Assembly (NCBI GenBank): GCA_964016885.1
Contig: OZ024743.1
Location: 73,780,001-73,844,000 of the forward strand
Reading direction: 5' to 3'
From: Eledone cirrhosa
Lineage: Eukaryota
Length of the DNA: 64,000 nucleotides
In this document: in pieces, positions 26,164-38,867 of the stretch
How positions within the stretch are numbered: the first letter of the stretch is position 1
Layout of the letters: each line of letters begins with the position of its first letter
The notes under the pieces: model-generated
What the model was told of the DNA's origin: nothing
Databases searched by the model: none
What the model saw: only the letters and a program-made list of their open reading frames with translations
Made by a program: the position numbers and the translations under genes

Positions 26164-26273
26164 CACGGACTCGAGTTTCTGCCGCACTAATGCAGCAGTA
26201 AGGTGCACTGCACCATCTGACTGCATATATTATGAAACAATGCCCAATCGGCTTATGCGGCTTCATCAGCGGG
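26164..26273 (-). ncRNA. Type I hammerhead, copy 2
   Basis: Same as copy 1 except the stem I 3' arm is CGTG (one mismatch); GUC cleavage at 26168. Confidence 0.78.
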
Positions 26274-26309
26274 TATCGCCTAATCAATAACCAATCGATC
26301 GACAGAATC

Positions 26310-26366
<57 letters not shown>

Positions 26367-26574
26367 AAATATCTTTAAGTCGTTTGGAAGCCTCGACAAT
26401 GCAAATGGGTAAATCTCCGGGTAACAAGATCCGGTGGTGGAGAGAGAGATGTAAGTGGGTGTACGTTGAGATGCGTGGTGTGTATGAGATGTGTAGAAGA
26501 ATGAAGGAAAGAGTATAAAGGATAAAATTAAAATAACAACACGAGAGAGAGTTACCTTGGGAGAGATTTAATAG

Positions 26575-26612
26575 TCCCTATATATTTCGGATTCACATCC
26601 ATCAACTGGGGT
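26575..26612 (-). ncRNA. Hammerhead-like motif with non-canonical CAGUUGA core (left arm of PLE-E)
   Basis: Reverse complement of the 28853-28890 motif (stem I 3' arm GGGA). Confidence 0.5.
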
Positions 26613-28852
26613 TTTTTCCGGGGTGGGGGAAAGGTTGTCTGTCAGACAGGTGCGAAACGTGTCCTCCGCTGTTTGTTGTTTTGAATATCTGAGGTATTCG
26701 GCAGAGCGCGCGTGCGCGTGAAATAGGGTCGGTCGGGCAGAGGTCAGCGGCTGAATGAGGCAGTGGGGTGGCGCTAGCTGTCAGTCCATTCTCTGCCTGT
26801 TTGTTAAATGTTACTGTGTGTGTGTGTGCGTGTGTTGTCTCGCTTGAATGTGTGTGTGTGTGTGCGTGTGTTGTTGCCTTGTTCCTCTGTATTGGCAGTG
26901 TAGCATGTTCGTATGGTGGAATGCTACTGTGTGTGTGTGCGTGTGTGTGTGTAGTTGTCTCGTTTGTGTTTGTGTGTGTGTGCATGTGTTGCTCCATCGT
27001 TTGTTAGCTTAAACCAGCCATCTCATTTCGCTTCTCTCTGATCGGTCGTTTATTTGCGGTTGCAGGCGTTTGATAAAAAGCGCTTCCTTGATACGTAACG
27101 TGCCGACGTTTCTTTCAGTCGCTAGAATTGTGACAATGGGCCTTCCGTCTTTGTTTCCGCATTTGTCTATGTGTTTCCGGAAAGACGAGTCCCTAGTTTT
27201 AGTGTGTTCCTTGATCCGGATGTGCAAAGGTAGGATTGTGCTACCTATGTAGTATTGGTTGCACCTGTCACATTCTATCTTATACACAACGTATGTGCGT
27301 AGGCAACAGTTCGCATGGCGTATCGGGCAGTCTCTGAGGGAGCATGTGTCAGTAGATTTCCCGGATTTCCTGGAGAGGCATCTTCGCAGGGAGGGGCCCG
27401 AGTGGGCCAGGTGGATGTCGAGGCCCTCCCTCCGTATAGCCTTGCGGATAGCGTTGGTGGTATTCTCGCCCAGGAATGGCATTTTAAGGAAGCACTTGCC
27501 TTGGGTGCCTCTCTGTCTCTTGCGTCTGGTGTCTCCTATTTTGTCTGTGATCGAGGTAGGGTACCCGTTCGTCTCCAGCACCTCGAGGAATCGCTTGGTA
27601 TGAGTGACACCACTCGTGGGATCGCTGCATCTGTTTTTGATTCGCGCGATCTCGTTCGTGATGTATCCTCTTTTGGCACTGTTATCTTCCCAAGACACGG
27701 CGAACAGAATCTATGAGACGTTCAACAACACGGACGAGAACATTGACTTCAGTGTTGAACACCCCCAACGAAGACGGGTCACTTGCCCTCCTCGACTTCC
27801 GAATCAACATCACGGAACAGGGAAGGATCCACTGCAACTTCTACCTAAAGGCAGCTTGCAGGGACCTGTTCGTTCACTACAAGTCCGCCCTCCCTAACAG
27901 TGCCAAAAGAGGATACATCACGAACGAGATCGCGCGAATCAAAAACAGATGCAGCGATCCCGCGAGTGGTGTCACTCATACCAAGCGATTCCTCGAGGTG
28001 CTGGAGACGAACGGGTACCCACCAACGCTATCCGCAAGGTATACGGAGGGAGAGCCACGACATCCACCTGGCCCACTCGGGCCCCTCCCTGCGAAGATGC
28101 CTCTCCAGGAAACCCGGGAAATCTACTGACGCATGCTCCCTCAGAGACTGCCCGATACGCCATGCGAACTGTTGCCTACGCACATACGTCGTGTATAAGA
28201 TAGAATGTGACAGGTGCAACCAATACTACATAGGTAGCACAATCCGACCTTTGCACATCCGGATCAAGGAACACACTAAAACTAGGGCCCCGTCTTTCCG
28301 GAAACACATAGACAAAGACGGAAGGCCCATTGTCACAATTCTAGCGACTGAAAGAAACGTCGGCACGTTACGTATCAAGGAAGCGCTTTTTATCAAACGC
28401 CTGCAACCGCAAATAAACAACCGATCAGAGAGAAGCGAAATGAGATGGCTGGTTTAAGCTAACAAACGATGGAGCAACACATGCACACACACACAAACAC
28501 AAACGAGACAACTACACACACACACGCACACACACACAGTAGCATTCCACCATACGAATATACTACACTGCCAATACAGAGGAACAAGGCAACAACACAC
28601 GCACACACACACACACTCAAGCGAGACAACAACACACGCACACACACAGAGTAACATTTAACAAACAAGCAGAGAATGGACTGACAGCTAGCGCCACCCC
28701 AATGCCTCATTCGGCCGCTGACCTCTGTCCGACCGACCCCATTTCACGCGCACGCGCGCTCTGCCGAATACCTCAGATATTCAAAACAACAAACAGCGGA
28801 GGACACGTTTCGCACCTGTCCGACAGACAACCTTTCCCCCACCCCGGAAAAA

Positions 28853-28890
28853 ACCCCAGTTGATGGATGTGAATCCGAAATATATAGGGT
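28853..28890 (+). ncRNA. Hammerhead-like motif with non-canonical CAGUUGA core (right arm of PLE-E)
   Basis: ACCC-CAGTTGA-T-GGAT gtga ATCC-GAAA-TATA-TA-GGGT, at the pLTR position and followed by ATTAAA. Confidence 0.55.
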
Positions 28891-29169
28891 CTATTAAATC
28901 TCTCCCAAGGTAACTCTCTCTCGTGTTGTTATTTTAATTTTATCCTTTATACTCTTTCCTTCATTCTTCTACACATCTCATACACACAACACATCTCAAC
29001 GTACACCCACTTACATCTCTCTCTCCACCACCGGATCTTGTTACCCGGAGATTTACCCATTTGCATTGTCGAGGCTTCCAAACGACTTAAAGATATTTAC
29101 TTATTATTCCACAATGCTTCAAGCAAACTTCAATACTCTCATATATATATATATAGATATAGATATATA

Positions 29170-29388
29170 TATAAGTGGTTACACAACGGGTTTCTGCGCA
29201 TGCGCGTTCGTACGGTTGTCCTTCCTGTTCCGTATAACCATGCCCAATACGAGCTGAGGATCCGCTAAGGTGATACAATTGTTCTCGGTATGGTGAACTA
29301 ACTGCTGTGTAACCACTTCTACCTAACTCGTCCCATGGACTGAGTGCTCTACCACTACGGATATTACCTTCCAGTGTTCTATCACTAT
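29170..29388 (+). mobile_element. Short pLTR-type element with a hammerhead-like motif (29250-29287) and a 13-bp inverted arm
   Basis: CGAG-CTGAGGA-T-CC gctaa GG-T-GATA-CAATTG-TT-CTCG; AAGTGGTTACACA/TGTGTAACCACTT inverted repeat; (TA)n flanks. Confidence 0.6.
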
Positions 29389-29798
29389 ATATATATATAT
29401 ATATATACTTATAGGTATTCTACTATAGTTAATATTTGGTATATAATCATATTGCTTACTATATTTGCAAAGAAAATTATTATGAATTAGCTGACTAGAC
29501 GAATCAAATGTAGAAAAAGAAACGTACCAATATGAAGATATTTCCTTAGGAAAAGGTAGGAATGTGAGACAATAAGAAGCCTATGATATTAATAATCTAT
29601 TATAAAAGCTCTGCTTAGAAAAGGCAGATATTTTATCCTTCGATATCTTTTGATGTTTCACTTTTTATTTCCTTTAGACTTCTTAAATAACTAAATAATT
29701 TCATACTACTAGGAATTACAACAAAATCAACAACAACAACAGCAACAAAAACAATACAGCAACAACAGCACACTAAAAAGGACAACAGTAGCAACAAG

Positions 29799-29846
<48 letters not shown>

Positions 29847-30402
29847 AACAACAAAAACAACATCAACAACATCAACAACATAAACAATAAAAACAATAAC
29901 AACAACATCAGCAACAAAAACAATAACAGCAACAACAGCACACTAAAAAGAACAACAGCAGCAAAAACAGCAACAGCAACAACAGTAACGGCAACAACAG
30001 CGGCAAAAACAACAACAGCAACAACAGCAACAGCAGCAACAACAACAACAACAACAACAGCAACAGCAACAGCAACAACAGCAACAGCAACAACAACAAC
30101 ACAATGATTATACAAAAAAAAAACATTTACAAAAATCATTAATTTGCTCCTAAAAATTATGGTGGTCAAAAATTAAGGGAAATTACAAGTTGAAATGTAA
30201 AATCAGAAGTTTAGAAACGTGTGTGTGTGTGTGTCTGTCAGGATATGTGTTTGTATATGTGTGTGTGTATGTATGTGTGTGTGTGTGTTTGTATGTGTGT
30301 GTGTATGTATGTGTGTATATGTGTGTGTATATATATGTGTGTGTGGGGGTGGGGGTGTATGTGTATTTGTGTTTGTGTGTTTAAGCGTATGTATCAGTCA
30401 GG

Positions 30403-30462
<60 letters not shown>

Positions 30463-30819
30463 ACTATTTGACAAGTGTGTGAGAGTGGAAAATGAATGAA
30501 GGGTTGAGAATCAGGTAATATCCCATACATAAAAAAAATGTGTTCTGAGCAAAGATGAGAAGACAATCTTGTAGAATTCAGAGGTTGAGTTGAGAATGCC
30601 CCGGGGTTTCCAGTAAAGAAATCTAGAGAGACGTGGGTAGTGAGGGGTGAGACAAGAATGTGTCGATAGGGTTGGGTGTGTGTGAGTGTGTGGTGGAGGT
30701 GGCTGAGATAATTCAAAAGAATTTAAAATAATTCAAAGAATTCTTCTTCTTCTTCTTCTTCTTCTTCTTCTTCTTCTTCTTCTTCTTCTTCTTCTTCTTC
30801 TTCTTTTTTTTTTCTTCTT

Positions 30820-30909
<90 letters not shown>

Positions 30910-30915
30910 GTTATT

Positions 30916-31732
30916 ACTCTTTGAGTCTCAGTCATTGATGTTAGTTAACTGGAAAGTTTGTTGAAATGAATATCAAGCCACTACCTGCAGCCTCAGATAT
31001 TCAGGACGTATCGGAGGGTTCTTGCAGTTCCCAGTAAGCATGTCTTTTGAAGCGTTCCAAAAATGGTGGCGGGGCCAATTTTCTTTAACCATCCCTGGAA
31101 ACTTTTTGAGATAGTACCTAGTGCGCCTATGATAATCGGGACCACTTTGACTTCATGGCAGTTCCAAATCCTTTTTACCTCCCACTTTAGGTCCTGGTAT
31201 CGGTTAATTTTCTTCCTCTCCTTCTCTTGCACTCTCGTGTCGAATGGGCAGGCCACATCCACAATCAGGCACGATCTTTTTTCCTTGTCCAAAACCACCA
31301 GGTCAGGTCTATTGTGTTCCAGTTTCTTGTCCGTCTGTATCCTAAAATCCCACAGCACCTTCACCTGATCGTTTTCTATCACCGACTCTGGCTTATGCTC
31401 ATACCACTTCTCAGAATTGTTTACTTTGCATAGGTGCCCGTGGATCACCCTGCCCATCATGTCTCCAGCCCCTATAATGAGTCTGGGCTAGGTGTTTACA
31501 CTCGGATACAATGTGAGCCACAGTCTCCTCTCTCTCTACACAGATCCTGCGCAGTGGGCTAGCCTCCTCCTTGTAACTATGGTGTTTCAACCACTTTGTT
31601 TTGAGGGCCTGCTCTTGCGCAGCCATTAGCATTCCTTCTGTAGCCTTTTTAAGGTCTCCTCTTTTCAATCAGTTCCATGTCTGTGGATCTCTGAATTCAG
31701 TTTTCTCAAAGAAGGTACTATGAAGGGATTTT

Positions 31733-31734
<2 letters not shown>
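30916..31734 (-). mobile_element. R4/Dong-like REL-endonuclease LINE, 5'-truncated, inside (TAA)n
   Basis: WLKRGDLKKATEG..AAQEQAL, degenerate CCHC (RICVEREETVAHIVSEC), KVLWDF.IQTD..LEHNRPDLVV, DVACP, EKERKK..RY, GALG. (TAA)n on both sides on the minus strand. Confidence 0.92.
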
Positions 31735-31808
<74 letters not shown>

Positions 31809-32355
31809 CTGTGTATCTGAGTCCATCGTGAAGATTTCCCCACCCTCTTCCTTTAGCCGGGAAGGGCAGGCAGTTTTTATCTGTCTGGTGGCCCTGGCGA
31901 AAGAGATAGTATGGTGGACACGTTTGAAAGGGCTGAAGACGAGCACTTACCTCTTCGGTGATGCCTGATTGACCTTTTCAAATTTCATTTGAAAAGGAAA
32001 ATCAGAGTAGAGAGGGAAGTGCCCTCTTCCCAGCATTTTGTTGAAAGATGGGTGAGAGAAGCAAGAATGGCCCGAGTGAATGGGCCTACTCTGAGTATGT
32101 ATCTGTAAATTAAAGGTGGAAAACTGGGAGAGGGCACTTGCCTTGGTGGTCAGGGTCACTGTGGCCTTTTACTGGGCTTTCTCCACAAATGTCCCTCCGA
32201 AGTCTCCCCCCTATTGGGGAATTTTTCATTGTTATTTTTTTTGTTACATCCTCTGTTTTTTTTACACGCAGAAATGCCCATTTGTACCGTCCTGTATTGT
32301 CCTGCACTGTCCTTAATGTCTACTTTATGTAAACCCTTGTGGTTAATAAAGAAAA

Positions 32356-32356
<1 letters not shown>
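31809..32356 (+). mobile_element. L1/Tx1-like LINE 3' end
   Basis: FICLVALAKEIVWWTR...FHLKRKIRVER...FVERW resembles the Tx1 ORF2 C-terminus; AATAAA at 32344 followed by (TTA)n. Confidence 0.55.
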
Positions 32357-32437
<81 letters not shown>

Positions 32438-32439
32438 TT

Positions 32440-32795
32440 TCTTCTTCTTGCAATTATTCCTGAGACGGTCGTTGGGGTCGAGTCCTCAAACACGCCTTAT
32501 AACGGATCCTGTCAGAAATTACCGTCTCAAACTGATCCGGATAGATCCCTAAGTGAAACCAGCCAGGCTCATGGAATATATACAACCAGGGTCTACCCCT
32601 GAGTCTCCTGTAGTTTGGTTTTGCCCATAAAATCTGTCAAGCGATCATTTCCCGAGACGTTCTAACCACATGTCCGTAGTATCGGAGTTTTGATCTCTTA
32701 ATTCGAAGAAGTAGCGGCTCTACCTGGAATGACTCTCATCAATGAACTACGCACTCTATCGAGTAAGGTTGCTCCAAAGACCCTTTGGTCTTTGG
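32440..32795 (-). mobile_element. RTE LINE 3' fragment
   Basis: Reverse complement of the 11800-12120 family (ACTCTATCGAGTAA, GCGGCTCTACCTGGA, CTAACCACATG). Confidence 0.8.
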
Positions 32796-32979
32796 AGAAA
32801 CCTTAAACTGGATTTAAAGGATTAAAACAATAAATTTATTTATTCAAAATTAAATGAAATTTGCATAGTAAATAAAAAAGAAGTCAAACCATAAATAGTC
32901 AATGTAATGGAAATGAGAGAAGGAGTGGCTGACTCTACACCCCAGTCTAGGTGGTATATCTCAGTTGCATCTCACGGAC

Positions 32980-33133
32980 ATCGGTAGAAGGTCGGACGCC
33001 ATGCTTGCAGCACAGAGTTCAAATCCGCCGAAGTTAACTTTACCTTTCATCCTTACAGGGTCGATAACATAAAGTACCAGTAATACACTGATATAATTAC
33101 TGGCCTTGTGCTAAAAAGTAGAAACAATTATTA
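32980..33133 (+). mobile_element. CORE-type SINE, short-tail form
   Basis: GAGTTCAAATCCGCCGAAGTTAACTTTACCTTTCATCC...GTAGAAACAATTATT. Confidence 0.75.
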
Positions 33134-33199
33134 TATATATATATATATATTATAAAATAAGAGGAGGCTGGACTGGTGTAATTCCTTAAAAGGTTTATT

Positions 33200-33257
33200 A
33201 TACTATGATCATTTCAATGACCGGGTTCAGTATGAATCCGGTGACATCATCAGGTAT
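33200..33257 (-). ncRNA. Decayed type I hammerhead in a PLE-like 3' end
   Basis: ATAC-CTGATGA-TGTC-ACCGGATTCA tac TGAACCCGGT-CATT-GAAA-TGA-TC-ATA-GTAT, then AATAAA. Stems I and III are imperfect. Confidence 0.5.
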
Positions 33258-33518
33258 TCGAAATATAACAAAGGAATATAATAGACAAAATCCATGGGGC
33301 TGAAAATCAGAGACATGAGGGCGACCGAACATTTAGCAGCTTCTACCCCGGTCGGCCGCCCTCAACTCCGTACTCGCACCACCAACTAGACAAACGAAAA
33401 CGGGTGAGTTGCATTACGTTGAGTGCTCTCCATAATATTACATCGAGGTTGACCATACGGAATGACCAATTCTATCCAGTGGTGAACCAACAAACCTAAA
33501 TAAATAAATATATATATA

Positions 33519-34416
33519 CGATGTGGGTCAGAAAAGTTCAAGGACTGATGTCACACAAAGATTTATTTCAAACCAAATCTTCACACTAAGAGTTTTCTCC
33601 TTCAAAGTAATCCCCCTGGAGTATGTAACTGTAATCTTAGCTCTCTGCAGCGATCAAACTTTTTTCTTCATAATTTTATATACATGTCCTCTGTTTCAGG
33701 TCGCCAAGCAATGAGCACAGAGCAACGAACGGTTGGGGAAAACTCCGTCAGAAGCACTGGGATTGCTGCAGCAAGTGTATGGAGATGAGACGATGTCACA
33801 CTCACGTGTTTTTGAGTGGTGCAAGAGGTTTAAAGAAGGACGCGAGGACGTGGAAGATGACCCCAGGAGCGGAAGGCCCTCAACAACCAAGACTGAGATC
33901 AACGTTGAGAGCGTCAGGCAGATGGTGCGTAGCGATCGTCGGCTGACTGTTCGACTTATGGCAAATGAGCTGGGCATGAATCGGGACAACGTCTGGAAGA
34001 TTCTCACTGAAGATTTGAACATGCGGAAAGTCTGCGCGAAGATGGTGCCAAAGCTGCTGAACGATGACCAGAAAGGTCGACGCATGCAAGTGTTCCAGGA
34101 CATCCTCGAGGGTCTTGAAACCGAACCAGACTTGCTAGAGACAGTCATCACCGGTGATGAGTCATGGATCTTCGAGTACATCCCGGAGGGGACCCGTTTT
34201 GAAGACGTGGACGACATCAAAAAGGCCGTGACGACGGAACTGCGGAGGACCCCGGATGAATCCTTCCAGGAGTGCATGCAAGCGTGGCAGAAAAGGGTGG
34301 AAATGTGCATTAGACTCCAGGGGGATTACTTTGAAGGAGAAAACCCTTAGCGTAAAGTTTGGGTTTGAAATAAATCTTTTGTGACATCAGTCCTGGAACT
34401 TTTCTGACACACCTCG
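33519..34416 (+). mobile_element. Mariner (Tc1/mariner) transposon with an internal deletion
   Basis: TA target duplication; ~55-bp TIRs (CGATGTGGGTCAGAAAAGTTCAAGGACTGATGTCAC / GTGACATCAGTCCTGGAACTTTTCTGACACACCTCG); 898 bp. Confidence 0.95.
33711..34350 (+). pseudogene. Mariner transposase lacking most of the DD34D core
   Basis: HTH motifs, DDPRSGRP, KMVPKLL (WVPHEL), ITGDESW fused to GTRFEDVDDIK...QGDYFE. No DNA or YSPDLAP motif; ATG at 33711 is out of frame with the ORF at 33733. Confidence 0.93.
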
Positions 34417-34657
34417 TATATATACACATATACAACACACATACAACATATGGCCCCTTCTCTCTATATAAACATCAGTACTGGGTTGATACTTTCTCTA
34501 TCACGCCCAATAGGACGATATGTGAACCTCGGCAGTATTTGAACTTTGCTACCATTACACCAACACATCACCCATCTCCTTCCATTCAAATTAGAAGCTA
34601 CATTCTTAGCGAGTATAAATGACAAGTAAGTATGTTTTGAAACAGTGAGGAGGTTTG

Positions 34658-34749
<92 letters not shown>

Positions 34750-34882
34750 CGTAAAATCCTGGGATTTTACATCTCTCTATACCCACCATGCATGGAGTAC
34801 TCCCATGATTAGTGGTCTCCCCTGTTTCAGCACTGCACACACCTCTCTTTCTCTCTATTTCTCTCTCTCTCTATATATATAT

Positions 34883-34954
<72 letters not shown>

Positions 34955-35857
34955 GGGGAGAGAGAGAGATGCTTGAGAAACAGGAAGATGATAGAAATAT
35001 TAATATATAGAGAGAAAGTTTGGTAAAAAGGAAAGATAGGGTGAGAATGTTGGAGAGAGAAAATGAGTCAGTTTAAGAGAGAAAAACAAGAAATTAGTTG
35101 AAATATGTTTGCAATGTTTATTTGAGCAGCTGTCCTGTTTAAATCTTCATTTATTGACGTTGTACTAGAAAATGTATTCTTTAGGAATTAATAAATTCAG
35201 TTAAAATTTTTTTTTAATTCGTAAAAAAAAAACGCCAACAAAAATATAAAGAACGAATAATGTTTATTTATTTCTGCATCCTGAGTAATAGAGAATTATA
35301 ACTCCCTCCCCACACTCCACGCACTTCCCCAAAAATTCTCTTCACCATATCTTGTGTGTAACGCAATGATATATAGTGGACACATGTTATAATTGGGCAT
35401 AGGACAATTATAGTAATTATTTATGGTTCATTTACAATACCCGGTATGTAGAAGGTAATGGTTTTGGTGACTTCGGTAACTCTCTGCAGTGGATTAATGA
35501 TTTAATTCTTAAGCGCGAGAATCCTATGTCTGTATCTTATTGTTTTCTGCTTGACTTTCTCATAATTAATTTTATCCCTCAATGTGCAATATTTCACTTA
35601 AGGGTATCATAAATTGTGGCGTTCATTTCACCCACAAAAAAATAACGCGACAAATATAAAGAAATATTCTGTTTAAAAAGCGGAAATCGAATGCGTTTCA
35701 CGTATCAGTTAGTCGTGTGGGTGCATTTGCCATAACTGTACGATCTCTACTACCGTAAGCCAAGCACGCAAGAAAATATAACAGAAAGGTTAGTGTGCTC
35801 TGGTCCTAATAAATACAGCTAAAAGAGATTTGTATACAAACACATTTGACAGGGATA

Positions 35858-36038
35858 GTCCCTGCCTACCTCGAAAAACCCAAATGGATTGTTCCATGAA
35901 AAAGTGCCCTAAAACGGGGAGAAATGAGGCAAAATGGGGAGATTTTACATAATGGAAGCTATACTCATTTTCTCAAGAGAAGACCTCTAAAAGTGGGTGG
36001 GGGATCTCCCCGTCGGACGGGGAGAGTTGACAGGTTTG
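35858..36038. mobile_element. Possible hAT-type MITE remnant
   Basis: Ends CCTGCCTAC... and ...GGGAGAGTTGACAGG form imperfect inverted termini; subterminal palindrome TCTCCCCGTCGGACGGGGAGA. Confidence 0.35.
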
Positions 36039-36195
36039 GTGACTGTAGTATTTAGAATGGAAATTCGATTCTCGATGCAAAGATTTCACCAATGTCTTGG
36101 GAAATAACTCACTCTCTCAGTATTCACTGACTCCTTTCTTACAAACAAACAGCTTTGTATTTAATATCTATATGCAAGCAAGTATAGTGATATAC

Positions 36196-36710
36196 GGTCC
36201 CCAATGGCTCCCTCGACCCATCTCATCTCCATGTTTTAATACACCAGATTTTTTCCACAGAAAGATAGAAAACGAGAGAAAGGAAATAAGAAAGAGATAT
36301 AAAGGAAGAATCGTCCCCACTAGTAGATGGTACTTTTTTTTAGGTGAAGTTGACCTCGGTGGGATTTGAACTGATAGAGCAGAGAGCCGAAACGAATGTG
36401 AAGGCGCATGGCTTAGTGGTTAGAGCATTGGGCTTGCAATCCAAAAGTTGTAAGTTCAATTCTCGGACCGGGTGCTGTGTTGTTTCCTTGAGCCAGACAC
36501 TCTATTTCATGTAGCTCCACTTTACTCAGCAGTAGAAATGAGATGATAGGACTGGGGTCCCTATCATTAAAATCACCCAAGATACCTCCAACGAAATATA
36601 CCTTGGAGGAGGCCAGCTAAACCTGCATAGGTGTGAGCTGTAACCGACCGAAAGGAATGCCACAAAGCATTCTATCCGACGTTCTTACGACTTTGCCAAT
36701 TCACCGCCTT
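36196..36710. mobile_element. Long-tail CORE SINE (minus) interrupted by a second tRNA-SINE (plus, from 36398)
   Basis: GTTGACCTCGGTGGGATTTGAACT before and GCATTCTATCCGACGTTCTTACGACTTTGCCA after an insert beginning GTGAAGGCGCATGGCTTAGTGGTTAGAGC...GTTCAATTC. Confidence 0.7.
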
Positions 36711-36924
36711 CGAATATTTATATAAGAAGTGTGAAAGTTGCTTGTTTCTCTTGAAACGATGTTATTATTTCTTAGCGAATCTTTATTAAATTTCACATGG
36801 ATACAACTTCATCGTAGAATAATACTCTCCATTTCTCTCGCTGCCTCGGTTTTTGTTTGCCTCTTTCAAACATACGTCACGCACACACACACACACACTT
36901 GTGTGTGTGTATGTGTGTGTGTGT

Positions 36925-36971
<47 letters not shown>

Positions 36972-37235
36972 ATCGAAACAGTAAAAACCAAATAGTTTTC
37001 GCCAACCAAATTTCATTCAGAAGGCTTGTATCGATGTGAGTTAATTTAAAATAAATCTTGCTCGTGATGCCCATCAGCAGGATAGAACTCGGGACCTTCC
37101 GATTGTGAAGAGATCCTCTTAACCATTCGTTCATACAACATTCACAGACAGTTATACGCATGACAATAGAACAGCACAAATTATGTTACATACAAAATAT
37201 AATAATGTTTGACCCATAAAACATGTATGTATGTA

Positions 37236-37552
37236 TGGTCCCGTAACACCTGATACAGTTGTAGAGGCACTGTACTGATATACGCCGTTTCTTGGGCATT
37301 TGAAGCCTGGTGGAGGCCGTTCCTCTTCAGATCTGAGTACAGCAGATTTCCTCCAGAGAAAGATAAAAAGCGAGGGAGAAAGAGAAAGAGATATAGAAGA
37401 AGAATCGACCCCAGTACTAGACTGGTACATATTTATCGACCTCGAAAGGATGAAAGGCAAAGTTGACCTCGGCGGAATTTGAACTCAGAGAACAGGGAGC
37501 TGGAACGAATACTATGAAGCATTCTATTCGACGTTTTAACTACTTTTCGCCG
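37236..37552 (-). mobile_element. CORE-type SINE, long-tail form (other copies at 45470-45798 +, 55114-55392 -, 57664-57762 -)
   Basis: Core plus a ~200-nt tail (CTCTGGA.GAAATCTG.TGTA.TCAG...CTCCACCAGG.TT.AAA...TTACGGGACC) ending in CATA repeats. Confidence 0.75.
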
Positions 37553-38547
37553 TCTCCATAAAACAAAATACACTGTATTAGAATGGGGGAATGGTGAAGG
37601 AGTTCGTTTCACAATTATGAGGTGTCGAGTTCGATCCCACTGGATGGAATCTTGGGTAAATGTCATTTATTGTATACTAGGATCAACACATTCCTCGTGA
37701 AGGACACGAGATAGACAGAATATGTTTGGAAGCCCGCTGGATGAACTGAATCTGTAATTCAAAGGGCCAGCCTTGTCAAACATTGTGTTACACTAAATTT
37801 CCCTGAGAATTATGTTAAGGCTATCTGTTTTTGTAGAAGGTTCAGCCAGGTTCATGTTCATCTAAGGAATTTGATTCTTTAGTCAGAATTTTAACTCAAA
37901 ACACAAATGGCCAAAAGAGATAGCACCTCGTTTGCTCTAATAATTCCACCAATCTACCACCATTGATTGGTGTTTTATTTTAACGGCTAGGAAAACACAA
38001 AAGGTAAAGATTTTTTCGGCGGAATTTTAATTCAGAACGAAAAGGGCCGAAAGAGATAGTGCAAGGCATCTCCAATGCTCTAATAATTCCACCAATTCAT
38101 CACCATTGACTGGTGTCTTATTTTAACGGCCCTGATTGAATAAAAGGTAAAACTTTACCTTTTATTTATTCTACCTTTTCAGCGGAATTTGAACTCTGAG
38201 AGCAGAAAATCTTCTATCCAACTCTTTAACAATTCTCCCATGTTTGTGCCTTGAGACTAATACAACATACAAAAAGAAAATTCCAAATACGAGACATATG
38301 TTCGCCATCTTAGTTATATTGATGCCTCGTTGATCAACTGTAGAAATGGCTACCTGGAAGAATGACAGCGGCATTCTTATAAGTACAATTTCATGAAATC
38401 GAATCTTATTAACGCAAAGTATTCTTAATTGCTGACAATAATAACAATTGGTGGATTATATAAGTGAATTAAATATATCAATACTTATTTGATACTGAAT
38501 AGGAAACTATATATACGTTTCCATACACACAGAAACACTGAGAGATA

Positions 38548-38681
<134 letters not shown>

Positions 38682-38833
38682 GGGAGGGGGTGTCGGCTTC
38701 AATCGGGGGTAACCGCAGTTAGTAAGGTACTCAAAAGATTATTAGTACAGTGTAAGCATCAAAATTAATATAGAAATGATTTTTTTAAAATAAAACTGTT
38801 CTAGTCCTGTAGACGCCATTTCTATATTGAACT

Positions 38834-38867
<34 letters not shown>

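Larger units (their letters stand above)
26364..29140. mobile_element. Penelope-like element E: 5'-truncated head-to-head inverted dimer (~1.3-1.45-kb arms)
   Basis: The minus arm (ORF 27009-27698) and plus arm (27685-28457) encode the same RT-thumb/GIY-YIG: FSVEHPNEDGSLALLD, VVYKIECDRCNQYYIGST, RIKEH, IKEALFIK. Junction ~27684; (TA)n flanks. Confidence 0.95.
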
